Shown in pieces: positions 1 to 11,372 of a stretch of 64,000 nucleotides of DNA (positions within the stretch are counted from its first letter, which is position 1; each line of letters begins with the position of its first letter). The position numbers and the translations under genes are program-made. The stretch lies in the NCBI GenBank assembly GCA_965645245.1, contig OZ287080.1:1116001-1180000 (forward strand), given 5' to 3'. The notes under the pieces are model-generated. The model worked only from the letters and a program-made list of their open reading frames with translations. It ran no database searches and was not told the origin of the DNA. This stretch comes from Massalongia carnosa (taxonomy: Eukaryota).

Positions 1-803
1 GCCAAAGGCTCCTAGTTAGATCCTCCCTAGACACGGTTTTGATATTATTTTCTTTTTCTCTAACTATTTTTAAAGAAAGATCCTTTTCAACAAGTCAGCA
101 AATAAAGTCCACCCAAAGTTCATAGACCAATTATCGAATATTCCGCTATCCTCTAAATTTCTGTTTTATTAATAAAGTATTTTAACGACGCGTAAGATAC
201 CTAGATCCTTCCGCTTAGCCTTGGAGTCTCGAACAAAATAGTCAATGATTAATCTGTCTCGCTGTCGGCCCATGGCTATCCCTTCCCAGCCGTCTATTTT
301 CTTTCGTTCAGCTATCGTGTGTCTTATAATATAGTTTCCTCATTCAAACACCATCCATATGACAACAAATGTGCGCAATACGGTGGAATTGCTTGTTTAT
401 TCCTTCATAGCACCTCTTATCTACAATTACTAATCACCATCACACTTCCTTCTGAACACATAAGCAAGGAAACAGGATAGTACAGCTTCAGCAAACAAAA
501 ACAGTGGCAAAGAAAATGATATGTCTCAAGGATTTAGGGTAGAAAAAGGTTCATGGGAAGAGTCACCATCCCGGAAAAAAGGTGCCGTGACTTAATCTAG
601 GTTTGTAAATTTGAAATGAAGAAACAGGTGGCTGCTCCCTTTACGTATTTCTATAGTCATGGAGAAACATAGGCACTTCTTTGGTTGGTGGATGGACCAT
701 ACTCTGTACTATTGCGGTTTGGTTGATGCTTTTGGCAGCAGCCGCGCGCTAGACATCAAAATGAGCCATCTTACTAAGCCCCTTCGGGTTAGCGTGATAA
801 CTA

Positions 804-2103
804 CCGTATTAATTGACATATAAGACCTTGGTTTTATAGGGGGGTGGTCCGTCAAAGGGTCAATTAGAACAGGGTTTTATAGGTAGGGGGGTTTTATAAG
901 TGGGTGAGGTTTTATAGGGGGGCTAGATATTAGTCAGCTGGAGAGACAACGCGAAAACGCATACTAATTTAATATTTCTCCCCGATTTTTCGACCTTTGG
1001 ATGGGACAAAAGGCTAGCCACATTGATGGTTTATGTTTCTGCTGATGGTGTGAATCGCTGCAAACCTCTTCTTATATTTCAGGGTCAAGATGTCGTCAAG
1101 AACAGTCGCATCAAAAAAAAATGCTGCAGTATGATTCAGGGGTGGTGGTTCAATGGAACGCAAAGGCTTACTGCAATACAAAAGTCATGATTCGATTGCT
1201 AAAACAGCAGTATAAATTCGCAACTACAGGATTTTCAAATATTAATACTCGACGATTTTTATCCTTAGATGTATTTGCGGAACAAAAAACCGACGAGGTT
1301 TGTAATTGAATTCAATGCTACTTCAGATTACTAACAAATTGACTGGTTAAACAAGTCTTTCGAGATTTGAATGTCACGGCATCGTTTATTCCATCCGGCT
1401 GTACCGGATTTGTGCGGGTTCTCGACGTAGCCATCAACAAACCTTTGAAAAATCGAATTTCCGAGCTGGCCGACATTCATTATGACGAGAATTTCGTGAA
1501 GTGGAACAAAGGCTCATACACGGTTGGTGAACGACGGATTATGCTAACACACTGGGTGGGTCAGGCATGGAGGGATATTCATCGCGAGAATGCCTCTCTG
1601 ATTCGTCAGACCTTTCGAAAGCTTGGATTATCTTTAGCTGTAGATGGTTCGGAAATAACGAGCTCTCAATCAAAGACATTCCAGACATAAAAGTCGGAGA
1701 ATAGAGGCTTTCGGCCGGTCAGGAGGCTATACAAGAGGTGGAAGAGCCCGACACGGTCGATAATATTCAGAAGGCCGGTGATGAGGTGCAGATAGAGGAT
1801 GGGAATAAGATTGTTTTGGAAGGTGAACAGGGTGCTCAATTGATTGTTTCAGACGATGAAACAAATGATCATGATGATAGCGAGATAGACGTAGAGGAAG
1901 ATTGATTTTCTGAGAATTAATGGGAGAACTCTGTTAGTTTTACATACAAATTGCCCTATAGCTTACAAATCATTACAAATTGTCCCAAATATGGTTTTAT
2001 AGGTCAGACCCCCCCTCGGTCAGAAAACAGTCATTTTGAACAAGGTTTTATAGGTTAGGAGGGTTTTATATAAAAGTAGGGTCTTATATGTCAATTAATA
2101 CGG
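804..2103 (+). mobile_element. Internally deleted pogo/Tc1-mariner-type DNA transposon (1.3 kb)
   Basis: Perfect 24-bp TIRs CCGTATTAATTGACATATAAGACC (804-827 / 2080-2103), TA on both sides (802-803, 2104-2105), repeated subterminal GGTTTTATAG motifs, internal transposase remnant. Confidence 0.9.
1015..1920 (+). pseudogene. DDE_1 (pogo-like) transposase C-terminal fragment, frameshifted, lacking the N-terminal DNA-binding region
   Basis: Fragments KPLLIF, QWNAKAY, LSLDVF, IPSGCTGFVRVLDVAINKPLK and THWVGQAW followed by an acidic tail resemble fungal pogo transposases. Boundaries approximate. Confidence 0.75.
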
Positions 2104-2359
2104 TACATAGTTATGGGGAATAAAGTTATTGCTTCGTAAGCCTTTTTTTTTGATTCATTATGCTATTTATATATAAATAAGAGTCAGTGGAAACCTGGTC
2201 ATCAGGATAATACCACTCCCTAATTTCACAGTTATCGCTTCGAAAACGTCCTTCTATCACGCTGTGCATACTTTCAGATCTTTAAGCACTACGAGTACGA
2301 GTCTTACAGACTCGATGAACTAAATAATGTATTTTCGCACGTTCGACGAACGTTGTTCC

Positions 2360-2691
2360 TGTTTAAAATAGGAGGGATGGATGGAGAATGATGGACCCAA
2401 TGCACAGAAAATAGGTGGCAGAGTGCCAGAAGTCTCTGGATAGTACAGAACTTCTATGAATGAAATAATTCAGATTATTGCGACTGATCTCTAAGCTATG
2501 CGTAGGAGTGATGTTATATACATGTTGATCATAGAACATTCGAGATTCTCCTCGAACGTCTATAGACCTGAATTTCTAAGCATCGAAGATACCAGAAATT
2601 CTCAGATGTAACTATTCCCATATCAGTAAAATACGCGAGGGCATTCGCATATTACGTCAGATATGATCTAGCTGGCTTGGCATTCGCAACA
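2360..2691 (-). repeat. 3' LTR of the Copia element
   Basis: Direct repeat of 7523-7854; no differences found by eye. Confidence 0.97.
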
Positions 2692-2873
2692 CTCCCACTG
2701 CAAAGTCAGCTGAGAAATTTTAACAGAAAAAATACCTGTATCCCTAACTCCTAAACCGTTTATCAATCTATGTCAATTCACCTCTTCCGTATGCAATTTG
2801 AATTTGGTTTGGACCTGTTGTGTGCAATCTGATTTGGTCCATTAGCTCCCACTGAGCCTGTGTTCCCCTTTTC

Positions 2874-5800
2874 TTATTCCACCTCTTGCACACCAAGCTT
2901 GGCTCGTAGTTCTTTGAACATGGTTGCTCCCAAGGGCTTGGTGAATATATCAGCTATCATCTCGTGTGTGGATACGTGACCAGTTGAAGCATAGCCATCG
3001 TTGATGACTTCGCGAAGGTAGTGGAGTTGGATGTCTATGTGTTTTGATCGGCTATGATGCTCGGGGTTTCTGATCAAGTCGAGGGTTCCCTGATTATCAC
3101 CGTTCAGCTTGATCGGGAAGTTCATATGCTTGCCAAATCCCAATTCATTCATCCACCTTGTCACCCATACGATATCCTTGCCTGCTTGGCACATGGATGA
3201 ATATTCTGCCTCCATTGTTGACGTAACCACTGATCGTTGCTTCTTGCTTGCCCAAATCACTGCCCCATTGCCCAATAACATTGTATGCCCGTAGGTTGAC
3301 TTGCGGTCATTGACGTCATCGCCGTATGCGGCATCCGCAAAGCTAATGAGATCACCGTTACGGTTATGGTCGTATACGAGGGCTAGGTCGGCTGTCCCTT
3401 TGAGATATTTGAGGACTCGGTCAAGGGCTGTTCGGTGCCTCATGGCTGGATCATGCGTGTACTGACTGAGTTTTCCAACTGCAAAAGCGAGGTCTGGCCT
3501 CGTGCTTACCATAGCGTACATGACACTGCCAATACGCTTCTGATATTCTAATTGATTGGTTCTGGGCTCGTCAGCCGTTGCAGGTGTAAGGCTTTCTTTC
3601 CCGTCTAGTGGTGTTAGTACTGGATTGGCGTTATCCATCTGGTAATCGCGAAGGAAGTTCTTGATGTAGTTGGATTGATCGAGGAAAACCCGTTTTCCTT
3701 CACGTCGAATGCGAATACCCAACACGTACTGTGCTGGCCCTAGGTCTTTCATTTTGTACTCACGATTTAATAGCTCTTTGACATCTTTGATCGCTGCCTT
3801 GCTCTTTGAGAAAATTAGTAAATCATCTACGTACAACGCGATGATTACGTGCGAGGTTTGGTTGACAAAGACGCAATTATCGCCTGTGAGGGTCTTATAG
3901 CCAATAGAACGCAGGAATTTAGATATTCTTTTGTTCCACTCTCGTCCAGATTGCTTCAATCCGTAAAGGCCCTTCCGTAGTCGTAATACGCAGTCTTCAT
4001 AGCCTGGTGGTGGCGTGAGGCCTTCGGGCATCTCCATGTAAATAATTTCTTCTAGATCCGCTTTAAGATAGGCATTCGGAACATCCATTTGCTCGATTTC
4101 AAACCCGAAGTATGCTGCGAGCGACAAAAGCATCCGCAAAGATTCCTGACGGAGTGTGGGTGAAAAGGTCTCCTCGTAATCTAGGCCGAATATTTGTGTA
4201 TATCCTCGTGCAACTAGGCGGGCCTTGTAGCGGTCTATGAAATTGTTGACCGTATATTTTATCTTGAATACCCATTTGGACGTCACGATATTTCTGCCAT
4301 GCGGCCGCTTACAATACTCCCATGTGCCATTAGCAATGAGGGCACAAAGCTCCTCGTCTATTGCTATTAGCCATTTACGCCAGTCAATGCATTTGATGGC
4401 TTCTTTATAGGAGCGGGGTTCGGATAGCTTGGGGGTTTGATAAACTTGCTTGTGACCACTCTGGTCTAGGTTTGCGTCCATGTCTGCTTTCCGAGCTATA
4501 TGCCCGTGTGCTTTATCGAAGCCGTACTTATCGAATGGCTTTCGCTCCCGCGTTGATCGACGAGTAGGCTTATTAGCAGAGGTTCGTATAGTGGAAGAAG
4601 AAGAATTGATGGTTGATGAAGATACGGAAGTGGAAGGGTTCGTAGGAGTGGAAGAGTTTCGATTATGATTTTGCGACCGGAATGTTGAACCATCTGGTCG
4701 CTGATAAGCATTAGGGGATGAATCAGTGATAACTTGCTGATTTTCAGGATTTGATCCTGAATCCCCTCCTGAATTTTCGTCTCTAACCTGATTTTGAACA
4801 CCCTCAGGCGCTCCCACTTGATCAGAATCAGGTTTATTTGTGTCATCCTCGTTATCAGTACTATTGTCGTCAGCATCATTAGTGACGCCGGACTGTACGA
4901 ATAACTCGCGATCCTCATTTGGTTTTGCTCCTCCTAGAATGATCCCGCCGGGTGTATTTTCTAGGAACTTAATTGAAGTATGCCATTCTACCTTGCTCGT
5001 TTTTGGATTATAAATGCGATATTGGTTTGAAGAGTGATATCCGACGAAAATTCCTTGCCAGGATACTTTATCCAGCTTGGATCGATTTTCCTTCGGGATA
5101 TGAACGTGAACCAAGCAGCCAAAGGTGCGTAGATGGCTGATGTCCGGTTTTTGCTGCGTCCATTTTTCTTCGGGTGACTGGTTAACTTTGGCGGTAGGGA
5201 GGAGGTTTCTGAGATAGTTAGCAGTCATTGCTGCTTCTCCCCAGAAGGAATGAGGCAATTTCGCCCATACGAGCATGGACCTAATCATTTGAACGATTGT
5301 TCGGTTATATCGTTCCGCAACTCCATTCTGTTCTGGAGTATACGGTGTAGTGGGTTCAGCGCGAATGCCATCGGGTCGAATAAGTTCCATGAATTTCTTG
5401 TACTCCTTAGCATTGTCGCATCGGAATTTGATTACCTGCTGATTCTTTTCTCTTTCAACGACATTGATCCACTCTATGATAGCTCCATAAATGATTCGTC
5501 GGTTTTTAAGGAGAATTAGCCAGGACTTCCGTGTAAAGTCATCAATCAATGAAATAAAGTACGAATGGCCTCCGAGGCTAGCCGTACGATAGGGGCCCCA
5601 GATATCCGTGTGAATCCTGGCCAATGGCCGGACTGTTTTCGAAAACGGCTCGTGACTGACCACTCGAGTTAACTTGGTAAAGTTGCAGATAGAACATGAA
5701 AGTTGTGTAACAGTTGGTGAAAAGGAAGTTATTCCAGACGCATAGCGGTATAAATCCTGGAGTCGTTTTGGGCTGGGGTGACCCATTCGGGCGTGCCACA

Positions 5801-7448
5801 GCCTGTATTCACGCTCTTCTGGCCTTTCTTGACCTACAGGTGATACCGATTTTTCTCGCGTGCAATCTCTTGCTGTTATTTTAGGCTTGTTCGACGATTT
5901 AGGATCTTCGGGGTTGGCTTCCTCGATATTTTCGCTGATTTCCGCGAATGCCTGTAAGGCAACCTGAGAGGTCCGCAAGAAATACGTACGTCCTCTAAGA
6001 AAACCGCTGGCCACTGAGGTACCCTTCCGCAGGATCTCCACACCTTTTCCATGAAACAAGACATTTAACCCCTTTTTGTTTAATGCCGAAATAGACAGTA
6101 GGTTTGCATCCAGTTGGGGTACGTATAAAACGTCGGTCATGCGAATGGCAACACCATCGATATCCACAGAAATATCACCCTTACCCTTGCTCCAAAGCCT
6201 CTGGCCATTAGCAATTCGAATTGGGGTGCGGTGGTATTCGAATTTCGTGAAGATATTTCGCATATAGGTCATATGACGTGAAGCACCAGAGTCTAGCATC
6301 CAGCCACTAGTTTTATCCTCCGCACCTTCACGGACTTCAAAAATTTCTTCTAATTTTTCAACTTTCTCATCAATAACCTCCTCTTTTATATCCACGGCCA
6401 TCCACCCCTCATCCTCACTGGCACCATCGTCAAAGTCCTCTTCATTGGCCGGCCGGGCAGTGCCTTTGCTTCGGCCACTGAAGTTGGAAGAACTGGTATT
6501 GCTCGTGGAGGTAGGCCTAGTGGTACTCCGTGATTTCAATTTGGGTACAGGTTTTGATGTTTCGGATTTGGACTTCGGTTTCCTCCGTTGCTCAGGATGG
6601 GTGCGTTCCCATTCCTGGCCTTCGTCGGTGTCATCGAGCCAGCTCCAGCAATAGATTCGGATATGTCCAAGTTTCCCGCAATGGTCGCACTTCTTTGGTG
6701 GCCCTTTACCCTTTTTTGCATTCGCTCGATGGGCATCCTCGACAGAGTCATCCTTTTCGAATTTTAGTCGCTGCTCCGTCGCTTTCAAGGCCTCCTTAGT
6801 TGCTTCCAAGGTAAGCTCGGGTTCCCGTTCCAATAAAAGCTTTGTTGTATCAAATGCAGGGTCCTCCACGGCACTCATCAGGGCTATGGCCATCAACGCA
6901 TCGTGAGGCTCAAACTCCGATTTTATGTCCGCAATCTGGACTCGTAAGGTCTCAAGGGCCCCTGCTATATCATCGATAGAGTCGCTGGATCCAGCCTTGT
7001 AGGTATAGAATCGCTTCAATAAATAGTTGATTCTTCCTCTGGCGTGGACTCCATGGACCTTCTTTAGAGCGTCCCAGGCGGCTTTGGATGTTGTTTTGTT
7101 TCGAAGGTGAGTCAATTGGCTTTTCTCACAGTTGGCCCGTATCCATTTCAATGCGTTGGTATCATCGTGGTCCCATTCGTCAAAGTCTTTTGGTCGGGTT
7201 ACTGTATCTGGTTGAGGGGTTTTTCCTTCTACTAACTTGAGGACTCTCATAGATTTAAGCTGAATCCACATCTCTTCCGCCCAGGTTAAATAATTATCGG
7301 CACCTAGCTTGGGCTCTACCCTTATATCCCCTTTCCTTACCGCTTTTGTATACTGCCCATCGGGGCCAGAAGATGAAGAGGAAGGAGGGGAAGGGCTGGT
7401 CATACTTGCTGGTGTATTAGGGTCTGTGGAGTCGCGTTGGTCCGTCAT
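2874..7448 (-). CDS. Copia Gag-Pol polyprotein (1524 aa)
   Basis: Uninterrupted ORF: zinc knuckle CDHCGKLGHIRIYC, protease WMLDSGASRHM, WHARMGH pre-integrase motif, integrase HTDIWG/DNAKEY/EQNGVAER, RT YVDD, RNase H DAAY/EAEY/DNQ/ADIFTK. Confidence 0.97.
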   Translation of the reverse strand: MTDQRDSTDPNTPASMTSPSPPSSSSSGPDGQYTKAVRKGDIRVEPKLGADNYLTWAEEMWIQLKSMRVLKLVEGKTPQPDTVTRPKDFDEWDHDDTNALKWIRANCEKSQLTHLRNKTTSKAAWDALKKVHGVHARGRINYLLKRFYTYKAGSSDSIDDIAGALETLRVQIADIKSEFEPHDALMAIALMSAVEDPAFDTTKLLLEREPELTLEATKEALKATEQRLKFEKDDSVEDAHRANAKKGKGPPKKCDHCGKLGHIRIYCWSWLDDTDEGQEWERTHPEQRRKPKSKSETSKPVPKLKSRSTTRPTSTSNTSSSNFSGRSKGTARPANEEDFDDGASEDEGWMAVDIKEEVIDEKVEKLEEIFEVREGAEDKTSGWMLDSGASRHMTYMRNIFTKFEYHRTPIRIANGQRLWSKGKGDISVDIDGVAIRMTDVLYVPQLDANLLSISALNKKGLNVLFHGKGVEILRKGTSVASGFLRGRTYFLRTSQVALQAFAEISENIEEANPEDPKSSNKPKITARDCTREKSVSPVGQERPEEREYRLWHARMGHPSPKRLQDLYRYASGITSFSPTVTQLSCSICNFTKLTRVVSHEPFSKTVRPLARIHTDIWGPYRTASLGGHSYFISLIDDFTRKSWLILLKNRRIIYGAIIEWINVVEREKNQQVIKFRCDNAKEYKKFMELIRPDGIRAEPTTPYTPEQNGVAERYNRTIVQMIRSMLVWAKLPHSFWGEAAMTANYLRNLLPTAKVNQSPEEKWTQQKPDISHLRTFGCLVHVHIPKENRSKLDKVSWQGIFVGYHSSNQYRIYNPKTSKVEWHTSIKFLENTPGGIILGGAKPNEDRELFVQSGVTNDADDNSTDNEDDTNKPDSDQVGAPEGVQNQVRDENSGGDSGSNPENQQVITDSSPNAYQRPDGSTFRSQNHNRNSSTPTNPSTSVSSSTINSSSSTIRTSANKPTRRSTRERKPFDKYGFDKAHGHIARKADMDANLDQSGHKQVYQTPKLSEPRSYKEAIKCIDWRKWLIAIDEELCALIANGTWEYCKRPHGRNIVTSKWVFKIKYTVNNFIDRYKARLVARGYTQIFGLDYEETFSPTLRQESLRMLLSLAAYFGFEIEQMDVPNAYLKADLEEIIYMEMPEGLTPPPGYEDCVLRLRKGLYGLKQSGREWNKRISKFLRSIGYKTLTGDNCVFVNQTSHVIIALYVDDLLIFSKSKAAIKDVKELLNREYKMKDLGPAQYVLGIRIRREGKRVFLDQSNYIKNFLRDYQMDNANPVLTPLDGKESLTPATADEPRTNQLEYQKRIGSVMYAMVSTRPDLAFAVGKLSQYTHDPAMRHRTALDRVLKYLKGTADLALVYDHNRNGDLISFADAAYGDDVNDRKSTYGHTMLLGNGAVIWASKKQRSVVTSTMEAEYSSMCQAGKDIVWVTRWMNELGFGKHMNFPIKLNGDNQGTLDLIRNPEHHSRSKHIDIQLHYLREVINDGYASTGHVSTHEMIADIFTKPLGATMFKELRAKLGVQEVE

Positions 7449-7510
7449 CTCATTGTGTATAACCTCGAAACTAACACAAGAAAATCACTCGGCAGCACTA
7501 TAGGCTAACC

Positions 7511-7522
7511 GGGCTCATAACC
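7511..7522 (-). other. Primer binding site GGTTATGAGCCC
   Basis: Immediately internal to the 5' LTR; matches the Ty5/copia-type PBS complementary to the anticodon arm of initiator tRNA-Met (from recall). Confidence 0.8.
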
Positions 7523-7854
7523 TGTTTAAAATAGGAGGGATGGATGGAGAATGATGGACCCAATGCACAGAAAATAGGTGGCAGAGTGCCAGAAGTCTCT
7601 GGATAGTACAGAACTTCTATGAATGAAATAATTCAGATTATTGCGACTGATCTCTAAGCTATGCGTAGGAGTGATGTTATATACATGTTGATCATAGAAC
7701 ATTCGAGATTCTCCTCGAACGTCTATAGACCTGAATTTCTAAGCATCGAAGATACCAGAAATTCTCAGATGTAACTATTCCCATATCAGTAAAATACGCG
7801 AGGGCATTCGCATATTACGTCAGATATGATCTAGCTGGCTTGGCATTCGCAACA
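7523..7854 (-). repeat. 5' LTR of the Copia element
   Basis: Direct repeat of 2360-2691. Confidence 0.97.
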
Positions 7855-7995
7855 GTTCCCTTTTCGACGCTTTGATTCAATGGAGAAAAGACAGACCGTG
7901 ATCGAGAGCAGATCGTGATATCTTTGTAAACAGAGTTGTGCTCGTTTCGTAATGAATAAACGCTTTCGATGTGATAAAAGGCTTTCCACCTGAAG

Positions 7996-9528
7996 CGAGT
8001 AGATTCGGGACAGACCCCATCTGGCAGACCCCTCGTAAAGTTCTACTGCTTATTAGGACTAGCTTAAGCCTCACCCTCACACTAAATTAATAGTCCATCT
8101 ACTAATGCAATGTCCCCCCGCAAGCTTCATACCTAGCTGATAAGTCGTTATATCCAGATTGACTGTATGAAAAAGTACTATTTCATTACTATTATATACA
8201 ACTCATTGCGATGACCTCAACTCTGAAAACTCATCAATCAGTTGCGAAACATCCTCCTTTCTAGGCTTCATAGTCCTAGCAATCTTCATAGCTGCCGCCT
8301 GCTTCTTCGCCTCGGCCCTAGCCTGTTTATCTGCTTGTTCAGCCTTTTGCTGAGACTCCAACTCCAACAGAACCTTTGATTTTTTGGCTACATCCCGAGA
8401 CCTTCGCGTTGTGGCAGACCAAGTAGGAGGCAACTGACTGAGGCGGAGGTTTGACTAAGATTATAAAGGGACGGGGCCGTTTGAGATAAGACTTTTGACT
8501 ATGTTTCGTCAACACTTCATCAATATCTTCAAACGAATCGGAATACGTTGAAGATGCATCGTTGTCATTCGAAGGAAGTGTGAGCCCCGTAGAAGGATCG
8601 GGAATCGGCTGAGTGTCTACATAATGCAGGTCATCGTCGTCGGAGACAATCACCGCATCTTCAGTCAAATCTACTACATCATATGTTAGCCACGCTGCGT
8701 CGATTTGCTTATATCGTGGGTTTTTACCATCGCTAATCACACTCTCGTTTTCATCGCTTTCACGCAGTTTATCATGCCGTCGCCTTCTCCCTTGTTCAAT
8801 CGAGTCCCTACGTCTAGCACGTCGCTGATTGGCCTCATCTGCCTCAGCTGCCTCGCGGCCAGTGTAAGCACGCCGACGACTTCCTCCCTTTTTCCACCTG
8901 AGGTTTTCCTTCGGTCGGATTTCATCAGGGAAAGTTGTGGAGATAAGAGATCTAGCCGACTCCCTTTTCAGCCATTGTTGATTGAATTTGGCGCTGTTTG
9001 CTACGTGTGCTCGAGCATACTCCTCATCTCGATGTGAATTTTCCATTGATTTGTGCAAATCCATTGACTCAAACGCTGCAGATTGCATCATATCAACTCC
9101 ACCGCGGCGATATCTATCACCGTCCTTCTTCACTTCTCCCCCTTCGCCTTTCCTTCTTCTCACCTCCTGCTCATCCTCCTCTTCCATCTCCTCCTCATCC
9201 TCCTCTTCCATCTCATCCTCACCCTCCCCCCATACCTCCTCCTTATCCTCTTCCTTATCCTCTTCCGGCTCCGCCCCTCTCTCTCCCGCAGCGTATATGG
9301 GATGATTACCCCTCATCAAATAATCCGAGGCTAGCTACGTGTGATGTTTGAATTGGCTACAGCAATTAGTAATCTTGCAAGTGACTGGGTATATGAAGCT
9401 TGCGGGGGGACGTTGCATTAGTAGATGGACTATTAATTTAGTGTGAGGGTGAGGCTTAAGCTAGTCCTAATAAGCAGTAGAACTTTACGAGGGGGTCTGC
9501 CAGATGGGGTCTGTCCCGAATCTACTCG
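7996..9528 (-). mobile_element. Non-autonomous Mutator/MULE-like element
   Basis: ~136-bp TIRs starting CGAGTAGATTCGGGACAGACCCC; 9-bp TSD CACCTGAAG/CACCTGACG (8/9 match); second family member at 54242-54766. Long TIRs plus 9-bp TSD are the MULE signature. Confidence 0.85.
8203..9319 (-). pseudogene. Frameshifted ORF inside the MULE-like element: acidic low-complexity start plus probable transposase C-terminal remnant
   Basis: ORFs 8339-9319 and 8203-8433 overlap in different frames; charged tail; no catalytic core visible. Confidence 0.45.
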
Positions 9529-9940
9529 CACCTGACGGGTGGTGTGACCATTCCGAATGAATGACCAAAAACGCATGTATTGAAATTCCCCCTGAGATAG
9601 AGCCATAGAGATATATAAGTTATCAATATATAAAGGCTCAGGTACTTTTCAGTGTGTTCTAATTCTTAACGTAAGTGTGCCGAGTAAAAGCTATGTACAT
9701 GTACAGCTCATAGTTTGTTTGAACGCTAGACCTTCCCAGAACTCGGATGAGTTCGGTAGAGGCTGAGACATTGTTGGTGAAACATTTGCCGGGGCCCCAT
9801 CACACGCCTGGTAGGATTCGCCTGGAGGAGCTTGACACTGATCGCTATAAGTGGATTTGGGTTTCCGGAGGGTGGGCACTTTGCATATGTAGCTGGTACT
9901 CAGCACTCAGTAAAAGACTACCGATATCAGAATAATTTCA

Positions 9941-10699
9941 TCATTTGCTTGCAATGTAAAGATCGTAGTTGGAGAAGTTGAGAGCTGATTCTGTTGAATT
10001 TAATGCCATACATTTTCTGATATCGTACACCTCAGCCCCGTTCTCCTTTCGATGATAGCCACTTCCGATGTACAGATGGAGGATCTCATGAAAAAGTATC
10101 ATAGTACAGGTTAGCACCATCAAACTGTGATTCGTATCGAACCGTATGCCTGTGTTATCGAGCGGAAAGCAGTCTTTAGGTGTCGGAGATTGGTCCCGTG
10201 AGAAGAACACTGGGCATAGGTACATGAACTTAGTGCTGGGCAAAGTAAAAGCTGTGTAATGTTCTGGACTTATGCAAAGTTTGTATTATTTGATAGTTAC
10301 TGAATTGTCTGCTGTGAGACAGTCTATTGTCGGAGGAAACTTAAGACTGAGAGATATGCTTACTTCAACGGTGATGTAATCGCCAGCCGCAGCTTGCTGA
10401 AGCAGGGCCTTGATTTAATAAGTTGGGAATCCATAAAACAGTGCTTCGAATGCTGAATGATTGTTTTGGTCGATCATTGGAAAAAGTGTCCTGAAGTATA
10501 GCCAAGAGAGTGTCTGAATCTTTCTTGATGCTATTTGCCTCCGAGTTGCAGAACCGTATGGAGTATTGCCCATGCTTTTCTATATCCAATGAAGCTATAA
10601 TTTATTCAGACTAGTTTCAAGGTATTGGATGTTCCTAACCTTCTTGGCTCAGTACCACCAAACCTACACAAGAAGAACTAGAGTAAGGACGATGTGCAT
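9941..10699 (-). pseudogene. Degenerate secreted HEXXH metallopeptidase-like gene (deuterolysin/M35-like)
   Basis: MYLCPVFF, LFHEILHL zinc motif and LNFSNYDLY tail; hydrophobic start MHIVLTLVLLV followed by a stop; fragmented frames. Confidence 0.55.
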
Positions 10700-10892
10700 T
10701 GCTAGAACATTCGAACTGTCAGATTTCTCTGGTGCCGAAAGATGAGCGCTTTCAAAGCTTCTAGAGTAAACGATAATGACAGTTTAGAAGTGGAAAGAAA
10801 GCGCTTGATGCAAAGGAACGGTTTTAATGTCCGTGGTGAAAAGGGATGCTTGTACGTCTTCAACGTAGTGAAGGCGCTAGAGGCTCCATCTT

Positions 10893-11073
10893 GATGTCGC
10901 CTTCAACAAGTTTGACACGAACTCTGGTTATCAATGAGTGCTCTCTTGTGACAAGCTCGTTTATTGCCTAATGCCTAGATGTCGCCCTTCAACAAGTATG
11001 ACACAAAATACGATGATCTCTATTTATCAATGAGCGCTCTTGCGACAAACTCATTTTGTTGCCTGATGCCTAT
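10893..11073. repeat. Imperfect tandem duplication of a ~85-95 bp unit
   Basis: GATGTCGCC(C)TTCAACAAG...TTATCAATGAG...GACAA...TTGCCT.ATGCCTA occurs from 10893 and from 10978. Confidence 0.75.
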
Positions 11074-11372
11074 ATTGAGAAGGCAAACGCTAATTAGGTA
11101 GTCTAGAGGATTTGAAACACCAACATTATGAACAATCTTATTGATTCTCTTGCACGTGTGATATCAATGATAATCCGTCTTGATATTCTCCTTAAAACGC
11201 AATAAAGAGTAAGCTGCAAAACTGCAAGAGAATAGAAGGTTGTGTTTGGCGAATACGAGGGTGGAATGAGCCGAACTACTATTTTGTAGTCTTATCGATA
11301 AGGCTCGCAATGGCATTCAAGATAAACGTTTGTTCTGCGGATAAGAAACATGAGTCTAAGGAAGACAGCTAT

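Larger units (their letters stand above)
2360..7854 (-). mobile_element. Full-length Ty1/Copia LTR retrotransposon
   Basis: 332-bp TG...CA LTRs at 2360-2691 and 7523-7854, 5-bp TSD GTTCC (2355-2359, 7855-7859), PBS, short purine-rich tract next to the 3' LTR, single gag-pol ORF in Copia domain order. Confidence 0.98.

Noticed and set aside
1..770. Possible degenerate minus-strand coding sequence
   Set aside because: Too many stops and no recognisable motif.
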